Part shown: positions 28,480 to 37,417 of the stretch, piece by piece | Position numbering within the stretch: the stretch's first letter is position 1 | Layout of the letters: every line of letters starts with the position of its first letter | IMG/VR virus record: IMGVR_UViG_3300020576_005251 | Coordinates: 96,001-160,000 of that record | Strand: one strand, 5' to 3' | Origin: a virus | Lineage: Duplodnaviria > Caudoviricetes | Length of the DNA stretch: 64,000 nt | Program-made: the position numbers and the translations under genes | Notes under the pieces: model-generated | Database searches by the model: none | What the model saw: only the letters and a program-made list of their open reading frames with translations | Told to the model about the DNA's origin: nothing

Positions 28480-29170
28480 ATAACGTACACGAGGATGATA
28501 CCCGTGTACGTTGTTTACGTTAGGTTTGAACGCCTCGTTTTCTAGGGGTTCAAACGTAACGTAGACAGGTTTCCTAGCCAGCTATCAGTGATATGCCACT
28601 AAAGGGGGGTTGAGGCGCATGCCTGGGCGCCCGCCCGCAGGGACATTAGCGCCTGCGAGCGCGCACACGCGTTGCAACCCCCGTGCCGGAGGCACTCCCC
28701 CCAGCTACTTCTGCCTCCCCCGAAGAAACAGAGCAGACACCAAACCCTCTGAAAACAAAGGCAAAAGAAGCTGGCCCAAACCTTGCAGAACCCCAAAGAA
28801 CCAACCAATACATAAAAGCAACTCAATCCTTTGACGCGTTTATTTTTTTGACTTTCCAGACTTTTGGTCTGGTCTGGTGTTTGCTTGGTGTCTCTTGGCA
28901 TGGGGGTTGCTTTTCTTTCCTTGGCTTGGCTCTTGCTAAGGCCGAAGGCGGGTCGGCCTCCGGCCTGCCCCTTGCAACGCGCGCCGCGACCGCGCACGCG
29001 GTGATGTCCCCGCCCCCGCGCGCCCCGGCATGCGCCTCAACCCCCCTTTAGTGGCACATAGCTGATAGCTGGCTAGGAAACCCCACCCCACCCCCTCGAA
29101 GCCCCCAGAAACAAGCCACTCTAACGTAAAGTAAACAACGCCCCTTGCCCTCACTCTCGGTTACGTTATT
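28480..29170. repeat. ~700-bp degenerate inverted repeat, non-coding (origin, terminus or genome-end candidate)
   Basis: 28568-28623 vs 29027-29082 are reverse complements at 53/56; further in-register matches about axis ~28825. Confidence 0.85.
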
Positions 29171-29190
29171 ATTGCCCCTGGAGGTTCCCC

Positions 29191-29670
29191 ATGGCCCGTC
29201 CCCGCACCCAAGACCCCGTCGTCTCCACCACCATCTGTCTCCCCACGAGCGTCCTGCAACGCCTTCAAACCCTCTCCGACAGCCGCGTCGCCCGGGGTTT
29301 CCCTGCCAAGTCCGTGTCCAAGCTCCTCCACGAGATGACCCTCGCCGCCCTCCCCGCCTACGAAGCCTCCGAAGGCTATCTCTGGAATCCTCTAGCAAAC
29401 CGCAGCGCCGTCCCGGCCCCCCTCGGCCGTCCCCTCCCCTCCGAGCACTGTCTCCCCCTCCCTGGCGTCGCCCAGGCGCCCTCCACCTTCCCCCTCCCCC
29501 CTCCCCCTCCCCAGGCCCCGACCTACGCCCCCACCGACGCTCCCCCTCTCCGCGACCTCCTCGCCGCCGCCCAGGAGCAGCGCCTGGGCACGCACCAGGA
29601 CCTCTCCCTGGACACCTTCTTCGCCGAGCTCGGTCCCCAGGACACCCCGCCCCCCGGCCGCGCCCCCTGA
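29191..29670 (+). CDS. ribbon-helix-helix DNA-binding protein with Pro-rich tail
   Basis: GGAGG RBS; VSTTICLPTSVLQRLQTLS...SVSKLLHEM fits RHH. Confidence 0.6.
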   Translation: MARPRTQDPVVSTTICLPTSVLQRLQTLSDSRVARGFPAKSVSKLLHEMTLAALPAYEASEGYLWNPLANRSAVPAPLGRPLPSEHCLPLPGVAQAPSTFPLPPPPPQAPTYAPTDAPPLRDLLAAAQEQRLGTHQDLSLDTFFAELGPQDTPPPGRAP

Positions 29671-29807
29671 ATCCCCCAGCGATCCCCTCCCGACTCTCCC
29701 GTCTTCCCGCCTCAGCCCTCCCGACTTTCCCGCCTCCAAACTGACTTTCCAGACTTCACGCACCCTGACCACTCGGTCAACTTTCCAGCCACTCCAGACT
29801 TCCGACC

Positions 29808-29879
29808 CAAAAGAAACCGAGCCGCCGCCCCTCGACGGGCGGCGGCTCATCGAGGGGGCGGCGTTCGTACGGCGTACGG
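29808..29879 (-). terminator. terminator with adjacent TACGSCGTA
   Basis: CGCCGCCCC...GGGGCGGCG stem, TTTCTTTT tail on minus strand. Confidence 0.55.
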
Positions 29880-30161
29880 TCAGGGTGAGGGCTTGATCCC
29901 TATCTCCTCCAACCTCTCCTCCAGCTTCCACTCCGGCCACGCCCGAAGCCCGCCGCTGTCCGAGTGGTTGACCAGGAAGTACCGCTTGCGAGGGTTGAGT
30001 GTGGGCTTGTGGTCGAGCTCCGTCACCCAGAACCCTCGCGCCTTGTAGTCCGACGCGAGGGCACCCGTCTCCGTGAGGATGAGGACGGTCCGCCCCAGCT
30101 TGACCAGCAGGAAGCGAGGGGCGGAGGGTAGTTCGGAGGCGTCCCGAACGCGGTGTGTCAC
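29880..30161 (-). CDS. hypothetical protein
   Basis: GTGA-coupled. Confidence 0.5.
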   Translation of the reverse strand: MTHRVRDASELPSAPRFLLVKLGRTVLILTETGALASDYKARGFWVTELDHKPTLNPRKRYFLVNHSDSGGLRAWPEWKLEERLEEIGIKPSP

Positions 30162-31237
30162 TTCACACTCGCCCAGATCGCCTCGTACTCGGGGTGGTTG
30201 GGTCGAGGCTCGCCAGCGGGGCGGACGTGGGCAGCTCGCGTGACGTACTGTCGGTACTCGAACAGAGCCTTCTTGTGTTCGGCGGCAGAGAAGCCACTCT
30301 GGTACCCCATCCGCACGCGGTCCTGCTCCTGCTTCCGAAGGGAGCACTCCGCGTACTCCACCGCCGCCTTCCGATACTTCTCGAAGTCCACCTCCACCTT
30401 CCCCACCTGACGAATCAGGGCGGGCTTCTTGACGACGCGGCACGCCCAGGGTTCGGCGGTCGTAGGGTCTTGCTGCTCGGCCCACTCTTTGGCCCAGAGC
30501 TCGATCGTCTCTCGATCGGACTCCTTCGCCACGTACATGCTCAGGTCCACCCAGACATTGACCCCCCGTTCGAGCTTTACGGCGTATTCCGCAGGCCGCA
30601 TCGGGTAGCCGTACACCGCCTTCTTCGTCTCGACGATGTCATCCACGTCGCACTTGCCCAGGTAGACCATCGCATCGAGCTTCCGGGTGAGGTACACCCC
30701 ACCCAGCTCGTAGTCCGCCTGCGTCAGGTCCTTGGTCGCCTTGCGCTCAGCGGCCTCCAGCATCGCCTTGTGGAGCGTTGACCCCACCCGCACGAGCCGG
30801 AGCTGTGTCTCGTAGCGCCCCCACACGAACGGCCCCGCGAGGATGCCGCCCTTCTTCGCCCCGCTCGCGAGGAGCGCATCGAGCACCACATCCTCACGCA
30901 TGTCGACGTAGAGCGTCCCATCCAGCACGCCACCCAACCGCACCTTGTAGGCACGCCCTCCTTCCTGCCGCACCTCCAGGCTCAGGATCTCGACGGACTT
31001 GATGGGGTCGTTGTCGAGCGTGGTGGAGGTGCACTTGCCATCCCCACCCCACCCCGCCGCCCATCTCCGCGCCGTCTCCTTCCCGTCCTTGGACTGTTCG
31101 TCCACCGCGAACGCAGGCGTCGCGGTGACAGGCGGGGCGATGTCGAGGTCGCTGAAGCCCGTCCAGCCGCGCCGCACCTCGACCTCCTCGCGCTGGAAGT
31201 ACACGAGGCGCTTGGGAATCTCACCGTAGATGATCAC
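30158..31237 (-). CDS. hypothetical protein
   Basis: ~360 aa; GGRAYKV..YVDMREDVVLD motif. Confidence 0.65.
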   Translation of the reverse strand: MIIYGEIPKRLVYFQREEVEVRRGWTGFSDLDIAPPVTATPAFAVDEQSKDGKETARRWAAGWGGDGKCTSTTLDNDPIKSVEILSLEVRQEGGRAYKVRLGGVLDGTLYVDMREDVVLDALLASGAKKGGILAGPFVWGRYETQLRLVRVGSTLHKAMLEAAERKATKDLTQADYELGGVYLTRKLDAMVYLGKCDVDDIVETKKAVYGYPMRPAEYAVKLERGVNVWVDLSMYVAKESDRETIELWAKEWAEQQDPTTAEPWACRVVKKPALIRQVGKVEVDFEKYRKAAVEYAECSLRKQEQDRVRMGYQSGFSAAEHKKALFEYRQYVTRAAHVRPAGEPRPNHPEYEAIWASVK

Positions 31238-31551
31238 GTCTCTCGCTCCATCTGTTCCTTGAACCCCACCCACGATTGGGCGAGGGACTGCTTCAGCGGC
31301 AGCTCCGCCAGCCGCCAGTTCTTGCGGTAGTTGATCGGCAGCGACTGATTCGCCTCCTTCAGCAGGTACTGCGCCATCGTATTCAGCGCCACGCCCTCCG
31401 CCGCCATCCCTTCTAGCGTCTCCGCCACGAACGCCGCGAGGTCGTGATGCGACTTCCGCATCCGCGCATCACGCTTCGCCTTGCAGTAGCTGATCACCTC
31501 GCTCGCCAGATAGACCGCGAGCGGCCTCGGGAAGGCACAGGGCTCACTCAT
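31234..31551 (-). CDS. hypothetical protein
   Basis: Coupled ORF. Confidence 0.55.
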   Translation of the reverse strand: MSEPCAFPRPLAVYLASEVISYCKAKRDARMRKSHHDLAAFVAETLEGMAAEGVALNTMAQYLLKEANQSLPINYRKNWRLAELPLKQSLAQSWVGFKEQMERET

Positions 31552-31769
31552 TCGTCGTCCCCGCCCCAGTCCACGTCCTCGTGCTCACCCTCATCTTCCT
31601 TCTCCCACCCCGGCTGGTTCTCCTCCATCTCCTCGATCGCCACCGCCTCCAGGTACGCCTCCAGCTCCCCCTCCAGCTCCTTCTCTCGAATGAACCCACG
31701 CAGGTGGATCAGCATGCACTCGCGGTCCCACCTGCACAGGTCCAGCGCCCGTTGCCCTCGTTCACTCAT
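31548..31769 (-). CDS. small highly acidic protein
   Basis: E/D-rich C-terminus. Confidence 0.55.
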   Translation of the reverse strand: MSERGQRALDLCRWDRECMLIHLRGFIREKELEGELEAYLEAVAIEEMEENQPGWEKEDEGEHEDVDWGGDDE

Positions 31770-32278
31770 CAGACCCTCTTTCCGATCTTGATCACCCGGC
31801 AATAGAAGCTCACCGGCTCTTCGTCGTAGCTGTCGAACTCCGGGACCTCCACCATGTGGCCGTTCTCAGGCATCATTGCGCCGAACACCCACCCACCGAG
31901 GTAGTTGAGCCAGCGCGCGTCGTATTCCGGCTCATTGAGCGGGTACGCAGCCGTATCGAAGCCGTCCACATCCGCGCGCTGGAGATCGCGGATGTAGTCG
32001 CCAAAGTTCTTCTTCTTCGGCTTGTCGATCTTGGCCCCGCAGTTCGGGCATGCCTTGGAGTCAGCCCTGACCGCCAGCTGCAACTCGCAGCACTCCTTTC
32101 GTTCGCGCACCTTCTCCACACACTCTGCGAGGCATGCACGATAGAAGTGCTTGACTGCCTCCTGCGCGTCCGCGAACGGCTTACCTTCCCACCCGACGAT
32201 CAGCGTTGACAGGCTAGAGTCTTCGACGGACCCTACGTCGATCAGCAGGCCCTTGACCCTCAGCTTCGTGCCACTCAT
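31769..32278 (-). CDS. Zn-ribbon protein
   Basis: ECC...CPNCG. Confidence 0.6.
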   Translation of the reverse strand: MSGTKLRVKGLLIDVGSVEDSSLSTLIVGWEGKPFADAQEAVKHFYRACLAECVEKVRERKECCELQLAVRADSKACPNCGAKIDKPKKKNFGDYIRDLQRADVDGFDTAAYPLNEPEYDARWLNYLGGWVFGAMMPENGHMVEVPEFDSYDEEPVSFYCRVIKIGKRV

Positions 32279-32508
32279 AGAAACAGCACCTCCTTCTCCT
32301 TCCCATCTGGGCTACGCAGCACCAGCGCCCAGCCTTGCTTCTGCGCTGCGAGCAACTGCGCGGTCTGGATCACTGCCCGCCGCACCACCTCTCTATCACT
32401 GTCGGCCCCGAGCGAAGCCCTCAAGTTCTCGATCACACCCCTGACCTCAGGGCTCAGTTCATACTGAGCCCGGACCCTCTTATCAACTCGCGCTGTCCTC
32501 GCCATCAC
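32275..32508 (-). CDS. ribbon-helix-helix (CopG-like) regulator
   Basis: RAQYELSPEVRGVIENLRASLGADSDREVVRRA...KEVLFL. Confidence 0.7.
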   Translation of the reverse strand: MMARTARVDKRVRAQYELSPEVRGVIENLRASLGADSDREVVRRAVIQTAQLLAAQKQGWALVLRSPDGKEKEVLFL

Positions 32509-32824
32509 TCTCCTCCTTCTTCACCAGCCTCAGCTTCACCGGCATCCGCTTCACCGGGTTCCACCCCTCCCACGTCTTCTTGCGCCACTTCTCCGCGCGC
32601 TCCTCCGTCATCTTGCCCGTCCACTGCCGGTAGGTGAGGTAGTGGAAACCCCCAGGGAGCACGACGTTCTTCGGGACAGGGCTCGACCCGATCGCGTTGA
32701 ACGCCGCGATCAGGTTGTCCACCGCCCCGTGCAGGTACTCCTGCTTCAAGCGCCCCTGAGCATTCCGTGCCATGGGGTGATTGAGATTGATCAGTCCGAT
32801 GATCACGCGATCACTCATCCGCAT
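32483..32824 (-). CDS. hypothetical protein
   Basis: Coupled ORF. Confidence 0.5.
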   Translation of the reverse strand: MRMSDRVIIGLINLNHPMARNAQGRLKQEYLHGAVDNLIAAFNAIGSSPVPKNVVLPGGFHYLTYRQWTGKMTEERAEKWRKKTWEGWNPVKRMPVKLRLVKKEESDGEDSAS

Positions 32825-33179
32825 CCACCATCTTGTTCACCTCCATCTGCGCCTGCCCCCTCACCTCAGCCGACGGCAGGCTCTCCTTGTACGCCACCAG
32901 CGCCTTCGAGCCCTCGGAGATCGCGGCGAGCCGCTCCTGGAAGCCGAAGTCGATCTTGTTGAGGAGATCCTTCAGCACCAACCTCAGGACTTCCACGCTC
33001 AGGGCATACTCCTTCTGCTGACCTGCTCGGAAGATCGTCGCCACCGGGAGGCAGCGCATCACCTCACAGGTCGAGCCTCCCGTCGCCGCCTCCCACCGCG
33101 TCTGGACCTCGTACTTGGCCCCCTCGCTGTCCAGCGTCTCCGCCAGTGCGACCAGTCGTTCGATCTCGTTCATGCTCAT
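32811..33179 (-). CDS. hypothetical protein
   Basis: AAGGAG RBS, ATGA overlap. Confidence 0.55.
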   Translation of the reverse strand: MSMNEIERLVALAETLDSEGAKYEVQTRWEAATGGSTCEVMRCLPVATIFRAGQQKEYALSVEVLRLVLKDLLNKIDFGFQERLAAISEGSKALVAYKESLPSAEVRGQAQMEVNKMVDADE

Positions 33180-33580
33180 CGGCCGTACTCCTTCAGCAGT
33201 TTTCGAGCGCCGTGTTTCTCAAACACGGCGACCGCCTCCTCCGCCTCTCGCAGGGTGCGTGTCGCCTCTCGCAGGGTGCGTGTCGCGTCTCGCGCCCGTT
33301 CCCGCGCCGCGTCTCTCGCCAGCTCCCGCGTGTGGAGCAACTCCTGCAACGCTTCCGCCGCGCAATCCTCCACCTCGGCTTCGCGCGAGTCAGCATCATC
33401 CGCAATCCAGCTGCCCTCCAGCACGCCGATCGTCTTGACGAGCTCGTAACCCTTCTCAGTCCTGCGTACGGCGTATTCCGCCGGGTCCGGATCGAGCACC
33501 TCTAGCGCCCCGAGCAGCTCCTTCATCTTCTCTTCGTGTCGAGTCGGGGCACCCGCCACCACTTCCGCCGTCTCATTCAT
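33176..33580 (-). CDS. hypothetical coiled-coil protein with 21-bp tandem duplication
   Basis: ATRTLRE x2 at 33242-33283. Confidence 0.55.
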   Translation of the reverse strand: MNETAEVVAGAPTRHEEKMKELLGALEVLDPDPAEYAVRRTEKGYELVKTIGVLEGSWIADDADSREAEVEDCAAEALQELLHTRELARDAARERARDATRTLREATRTLREAEEAVAVFEKHGARKLLKEYGR

Positions 33581-33582
33581 CG

Positions 33583-33879
33583 CTACCACCCCACCGTGAT
33601 GATGTACATGCCCTCGTCCACCAACCCCCGCTTGAGGAGGTCGGTGAAGATCCCATCGAAACTCACCGAACCCCACTCCGCCAGCTCCCACGCCTCGGGC
33701 GTACTCGGCATCGCGAACTGACTCTCGGGCTTCGCCTCCGTCAAGTAGTAGGTGCCACGGGAGACATCTCCCATCATGCAGTCCTGGATCACTGACCGAT
33801 CCACGCGGTAGATCTCCTCCAAAAGCGCGAAGAGCTCATGGCTCTTCACCCGGCGCCAGGGCGTGGATTCGAGCTTCAC
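33583..33879 (-). CDS. hypothetical protein
   Basis: GTGA-coupled; ends GMYIITVGW. Confidence 0.55.
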   Translation of the reverse strand: MKLESTPWRRVKSHELFALLEEIYRVDRSVIQDCMMGDVSRGTYYLTEAKPESQFAMPSTPEAWELAEWGSVSFDGIFTDLLKRGLVDEGMYIITVGW

Positions 33880-34064
33880 TTCACACACCCTCCTGCTGAC
33901 CACCGCCACTTGCCATCCCTCGTCCGACGCTCCTCCGTGATCCCGCCGCCCGCGCGGCAGAGCCACACCCGCGTGTCGTCCACTTCGATCTTGAGGTCGC
34001 AGCACGGCCCCACGGAGAGGGTCTTGAACCTCTCCAGGTTGTCCGGGTTGTAGATCACGAGCAC
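33876..34064 (-). CDS. small hypothetical protein
   Basis: GGAGG RBS. Confidence 0.5.
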   Translation of the reverse strand: MLVIYNPDNLERFKTLSVGPCCDLKIEVDDTRVWLCRAGGGITEERRTRDGKWRWSAGGCVK

Positions 34065-34408
34065 GCCTCCAGTCGCTTTCTGAGTTCCTCCATCACCTCG
34101 ACGTACCGCCCCTCAGGCGTCAAAGCGACCGCGAGGTCGTTGATCGCCTCCAGCTGGTTGAGCGCCCCCTTGGACAGGTAGAGAGTCTCCGCCCACCGTT
34201 GAACCGCAGGCGTCACGAAGCGACACGAAACCCCATCCGAGTCCCCATCCACCAACGTGCGCTGCCCCTTCCAGAACGCCCTCGGACAGATCGCCCCTTG
34301 AGCGCAGTGGCACTGCGTCTCCTCATCCCACATCGTCCCACCGATCAGACGCTTGTCCTCGACCTTGTCGAGCAAGCCGATGATCGTCGTCAGCTCTTCA
34401 CGTGTCAT
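34055..34408 (-). CDS. family B protein
   Basis: DKRL..MWDEETQCHCAQG..W..IND..EGRY. Confidence 0.75.
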   Translation of the reverse strand: MTREELTTIIGLLDKVEDKRLIGGTMWDEETQCHCAQGAICPRAFWKGQRTLVDGDSDGVSCRFVTPAVQRWAETLYLSKGALNQLEAINDLAVALTPEGRYVEVMEELRKRLEACS

Positions 34409-34661
34409 TCGATCCCCTCTCAGTACGTACCCGAGACAGTCCCGCGAGCCCCAGGAGCAAGGCCGACACACAGAACGCACGCACGTTGCCCTCCGTGAGT
34501 CCCCCGAATACCCACGACACCAAAGTGGCCGCGCTCGCGATGAGCGCGAGGTCCCTCCAGTTCTTCGCCTTGGCGTCTTCGTGGGCCCACCGAAGCCGCG
34601 TCTCCACCTCCCGCTTCGCACACTTCTGACACGGCCCCGGCTCTCTATACGGCGTACTCAT
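34398..34661 (-). CDS. two-TM membrane protein
   Basis: CQKC then two hydrophobic helices. Confidence 0.55.
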   Translation of the reverse strand: MSTPYREPGPCQKCAKREVETRLRWAHEDAKAKNWRDLALIASAATLVSWVFGGLTEGNVRAFCVSALLLGLAGLSRVRTERGSNDT

Positions 34662-35092
34662 GCTCCCGCCGCCCTCCTCTCCTCTGCCACCTTCTCGCCC
34701 CACGCCTCACACTCCACCGTCACACGCAGCTCGTTCTTGAGCCAGGAGAGCACCCGCACGTAGCGCCCCTCAGGCGTCTCCGTCTCCGGCCCCGTGTCAT
34801 TCACCTCTTGGAGCCGGTAGATCACTTCGGGGGTCAACCCCATGTTGTTAGCCCACCCAGCGACGGTCAGGTTTGCACACACGATGGGAGACCTATCCCA
34901 GGTCTGCCCGAACGCAGGGACCTTGTACGCCAGCGCACGCCCCCGAACGCTCTCCCGCACCTCCGCCCCAGCCAGCGTCCCCATCAGACACCCGCAGTTC
35001 AGGCCGACACTCCACAGCGTCCCCCACGCCAGCCTCTTGTCTTCGAGCCCCTCCACGGACTCGATCAGCTTCGTCAGCGTCTCCTTGTTCAT
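34658..35092 (-). CDS. family B protein
   Basis: DKRL..LW..CGCLMG..W..VND..EGRY. Confidence 0.8.
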   Translation of the reverse strand: MNKETLTKLIESVEGLEDKRLAWGTLWSVGLNCGCLMGTLAGAEVRESVRGRALAYKVPAFGQTWDRSPIVCANLTVAGWANNMGLTPEVIYRLQEVNDTGPETETPEGRYVRVLSWLKNELRVTVECEAWGEKVAEERRAAGA

Positions 35093-35454
35093 TCGTCCTC
35101 CAGTTCGATCAGTGTCCGACGTAGCTCGACCAGCACGTCTTCGTATCGCACCTCCGGCGAGAGGTGCACGTTCGAGTCGTTCATCGCTTCCAGTTCAGCA
35201 AGCGCGAACGCGCTCAGACCAACCTCCTTCGCCCATCGATCAGAGGCAAGAGAGATGAAACCCACCCTGCCAGCGTCGTCCTCCCACGTCAGCGTGTCGT
35301 TTTGCGGCCTGCTCGGCCACGCCTCCTTCGGACAAAGCATCCCTTGCACACACCCGCACCCCAGCGTCTCATCCCACATCTTGCCGTAGGCCAGCCGCTT
35401 GTCCGTCAGCCCTTCCAGCAGACGGATCGACACCTCCGCTTCCTCACGCGTCAT
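35089..35454 (-). CDS. family B protein
   Basis: DKRL..MW..CGCVQG..W..MND..EVRY. Confidence 0.8.
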   Translation of the reverse strand: MTREEAEVSIRLLEGLTDKRLAYGKMWDETLGCGCVQGMLCPKEAWPSRPQNDTLTWEDDAGRVGFISLASDRWAKEVGLSAFALAELEAMNDSNVHLSPEVRYEDVLVELRRTLIELEDE

Positions 35455-35794
35455 CCAGTTCCTCCTTCAGTGCGTGAAGCACCTTCGCGTACCGCTCATC
35501 TTCCGTCATGAACTTGAACTCGTCGTTCAGTCGTTGCAGGTAGTCGACATCCTCCGCGAGCAGTCCGATCTTCTCAGCCCACTCCCGCACCCCTTTGTTG
35601 ACGAACCGCGAACGCGGGTTGTCGCTCCCGATCACCAGCGTACACCCAGCGTTCTCTCGTAGCTCCGCAGGCAGCAGCATCCCCATCAGACACCCGCAGT
35701 CCGCGATCGCGTCCCATAGGTACCCCCTGGCGAGTCTCTTGTCTTCGAGGTTCTCCAGCATCCCGATGATCGTCTTCAGTGAGTCAGGTGTCAC
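35444..35794 (-). CDS. family B protein
   Basis: DKRL..LW..CGCLMG..W..LND..ERY. Confidence 0.8.
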   Translation of the reverse strand: MTPDSLKTIIGMLENLEDKRLARGYLWDAIADCGCLMGMLLPAELRENAGCTLVIGSDNPRSRFVNKGVREWAEKIGLLAEDVDYLQRLNDEFKFMTEDERYAKVLHALKEELDDA

Positions 35795-36185
35795 TTCGAG
35801 TGCTCACTTCCTTCTTCAGACCCGCCAGCACGGCTTCGTATCGCGAAGCGCTGTCCCCAGACATACTGTCGTTGTACGCCTCCAGATTACGCACCTCCTC
35901 GGTGCTGATCCCCATGCCCTCTCCCCACTCTTTCGCGTCCACGAACTCCCAGACGTAGTGACACCCCACCCCCTTCACGATCGATACCAGATTCCCTCGC
36001 GTCAGATACTCACCGGACAGCGCCTCACTCCTCGGGTAGATCGCGCCGATCAAACACCCGCACTTCAAAGAGCGGTCCCACAACATACCCCTCACGAGGC
36101 GCTTGTTCGTGACGTTCTCCAGTGCCGTGAGAACGTTCTTCAGCCCCTGGGTGTTCACGCGTCGAAGCAGATTCACGTCACTCAC
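35784..36185 (-). CDS. family B protein
   Basis: NKRL..LW..CGCLIG..W..YND..SRY. Confidence 0.8.
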   Translation of the reverse strand: MSDVNLLRRVNTQGLKNVLTALENVTNKRLVRGMLWDRSLKCGCLIGAIYPRSEALSGEYLTRGNLVSIVKGVGCHYVWEFVDAKEWGEGMGISTEEVRNLEAYNDSMSGDSASRYEAVLAGLKKEVSTRSDT

Positions 36186-36546
36186 CCACCGCCTCCTTCA
36201 ACGCCCTCACCACCTCCACGTATCGATCCTCCGCCGACATGTGGATCGAGTCATTGAACGTCTGAAGCGACGCGGCCTCGACGGGGGTGAGGCTCATCGC
36301 CTCACCCCACTGCGCCAGGGCTTCTTCATCCACCTTCGTCCAGAACCATTCGCCCTCGCGATGCCCCACGAGCCCGTGCGCATTGATCTCCCGGCTCCTC
36401 GGGTAGATCGCCCCCAGGAGACACCCGCAGTTCTCCTTCTTGCTCCACAGCTCCACCGAGACGAGCCGCTTGTCCTCCAGCGCCTCCAGTGCGCGAATCA
36501 CTGCCTTCAGCCCCTCCTGATTCACTTCGTTGAGGATGTCGTTCAC
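36178..36546 (-). CDS. family B protein
   Basis: DKRL..LW..CGCLLG..W..FND..DRY; GTG start. Confidence 0.8.
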   Translation of the reverse strand: MNDILNEVNQEGLKAVIRALEALEDKRLVSVELWSKKENCGCLLGAIYPRSREINAHGLVGHREGEWFWTKVDEEALAQWGEAMSLTPVEAASLQTFNDSIHMSAEDRYVEVVRALKEAVGE

Positions 36547-36842
36547 GGCTTCAGCTTCCCGATGGTGAAGAAGTCCTTGGTGTCGATGAACGCAGTGAGC
36601 AACCGCCCCACGTTCTCCACCTTCTTCTGGTGGAAGTCCGCGTGCTCGTTCGCGTACTCGCGCACGTTCCGCTCGATCTCCTGCGAGAGCGACTCCCCCT
36701 TCGCCAGTGGCAGGATGAACTCGGGCTCGATCAGCCCCTTGACGCCCTCCACGGACACGCTCCCTCCCGCGTGGGTTTGTGTGATCTCCCCGTACTTCAC
36801 GTAGGGGAACTTGTTGTCTGACCAAAACGCCATCTGTCGCAT
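36543..36842 (-). CDS. hypothetical protein
   Basis: AGGAGG RBS; AFWSDNKFPY. Confidence 0.6.
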   Translation of the reverse strand: MRQMAFWSDNKFPYVKYGEITQTHAGGSVSVEGVKGLIEPEFILPLAKGESLSQEIERNVREYANEHADFHQKKVENVGRLLTAFIDTKDFFTIGKLKP

Positions 36843-36854
36843 CTCATCCTCCTT

Positions 36855-36897
36855 GAAAACAAAAGCCGAACCCCGCGCGTACGGCGTACGCGCGGGG
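36855..36897 (-). terminator. 27-bp palindrome centred on TACGGCGTA, with T tract
   Basis: CCCCGCGCGTACG-G-CGTACGCGCGGGG at 36871-36897; TTTTGTTTT follows on minus strand. Confidence 0.6.
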
Positions 36898-36904
36898 CAC
36901 TTGA

Positions 36905-37417
36905 TCAGACCTCGATCACCGCGCCGCCCTGCCCTGCCATCCGCACCCGGTCGTAGAGGGCTTGCACCACCCACGTCTCCTTGACCTGCCCCACCGTCTC
37001 GCGCTCCTGGTCATCCCCGGTCCGGATCGGGATGTTCCGTCGTCGGATCCCTTGCGCCTTCAGCGCCCAGGACTGGCAGGCGAACGCATAGGTCCTGTCG
37101 TCCGCCTCGAAGCTGTAGACGCAGTTCCCCATCTCCTCCAGCCGCTGGAAGTCGCCGCACCACCGCGCGCGCTCCTTCTCGACAGCCTCAGCCGCAGGCT
37201 CGACCAGAGTTGCCACCGTGTCGGTCGCGTCGTCGTAGTGCCCCATGTTCACGAGCCTGCGCGCGTAGGTGATCCCAGCCGCCAGCGACATCAGCAGATG
37301 CTTCATCACCGCGCACCGGTGCGGGTACGGATGTGCCCGCCCATTCACCATCTCCTGGGTGTTCTTGTGCTTGTCCTCGCACACCGCGATCTTCTCGTTC
37401 AGGTCACTCTTGTTCAT
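36905..37417 (-). CDS. hypothetical protein
   Basis: Coupled to the last family A gene. Confidence 0.6.
   Translation of the reverse strand: MNKSDLNEKIAVCEDKHKNTQEMVNGRAHPYPHRCAVMKHLLMSLAAGITYARRLVNMGHYDDATDTVATLVEPAAEAVEKERARWCGDFQRLEEMGNCVYSFEADDRTYAFACQSWALKAQGIRRRNIPIRTGDDQERETVGQVKETWVVQALYDRVRMAGQGGAVIEV

Noticed and set aside
28780-28870. Protelomerase telRL site
   Set aside because: The centre of the large inverted repeat is not a perfect palindrome, and no protelomerase gene is in the window.
28599-29154. ORFs within the palindromic region
   Set aside because: Low-complexity translations of a skewed non-coding element, without RBS or phage codon bias.
33242-33292. 21-bp tandem repeat
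   Set aside because: In-frame heptad duplication in a coiled coil; ordinary.
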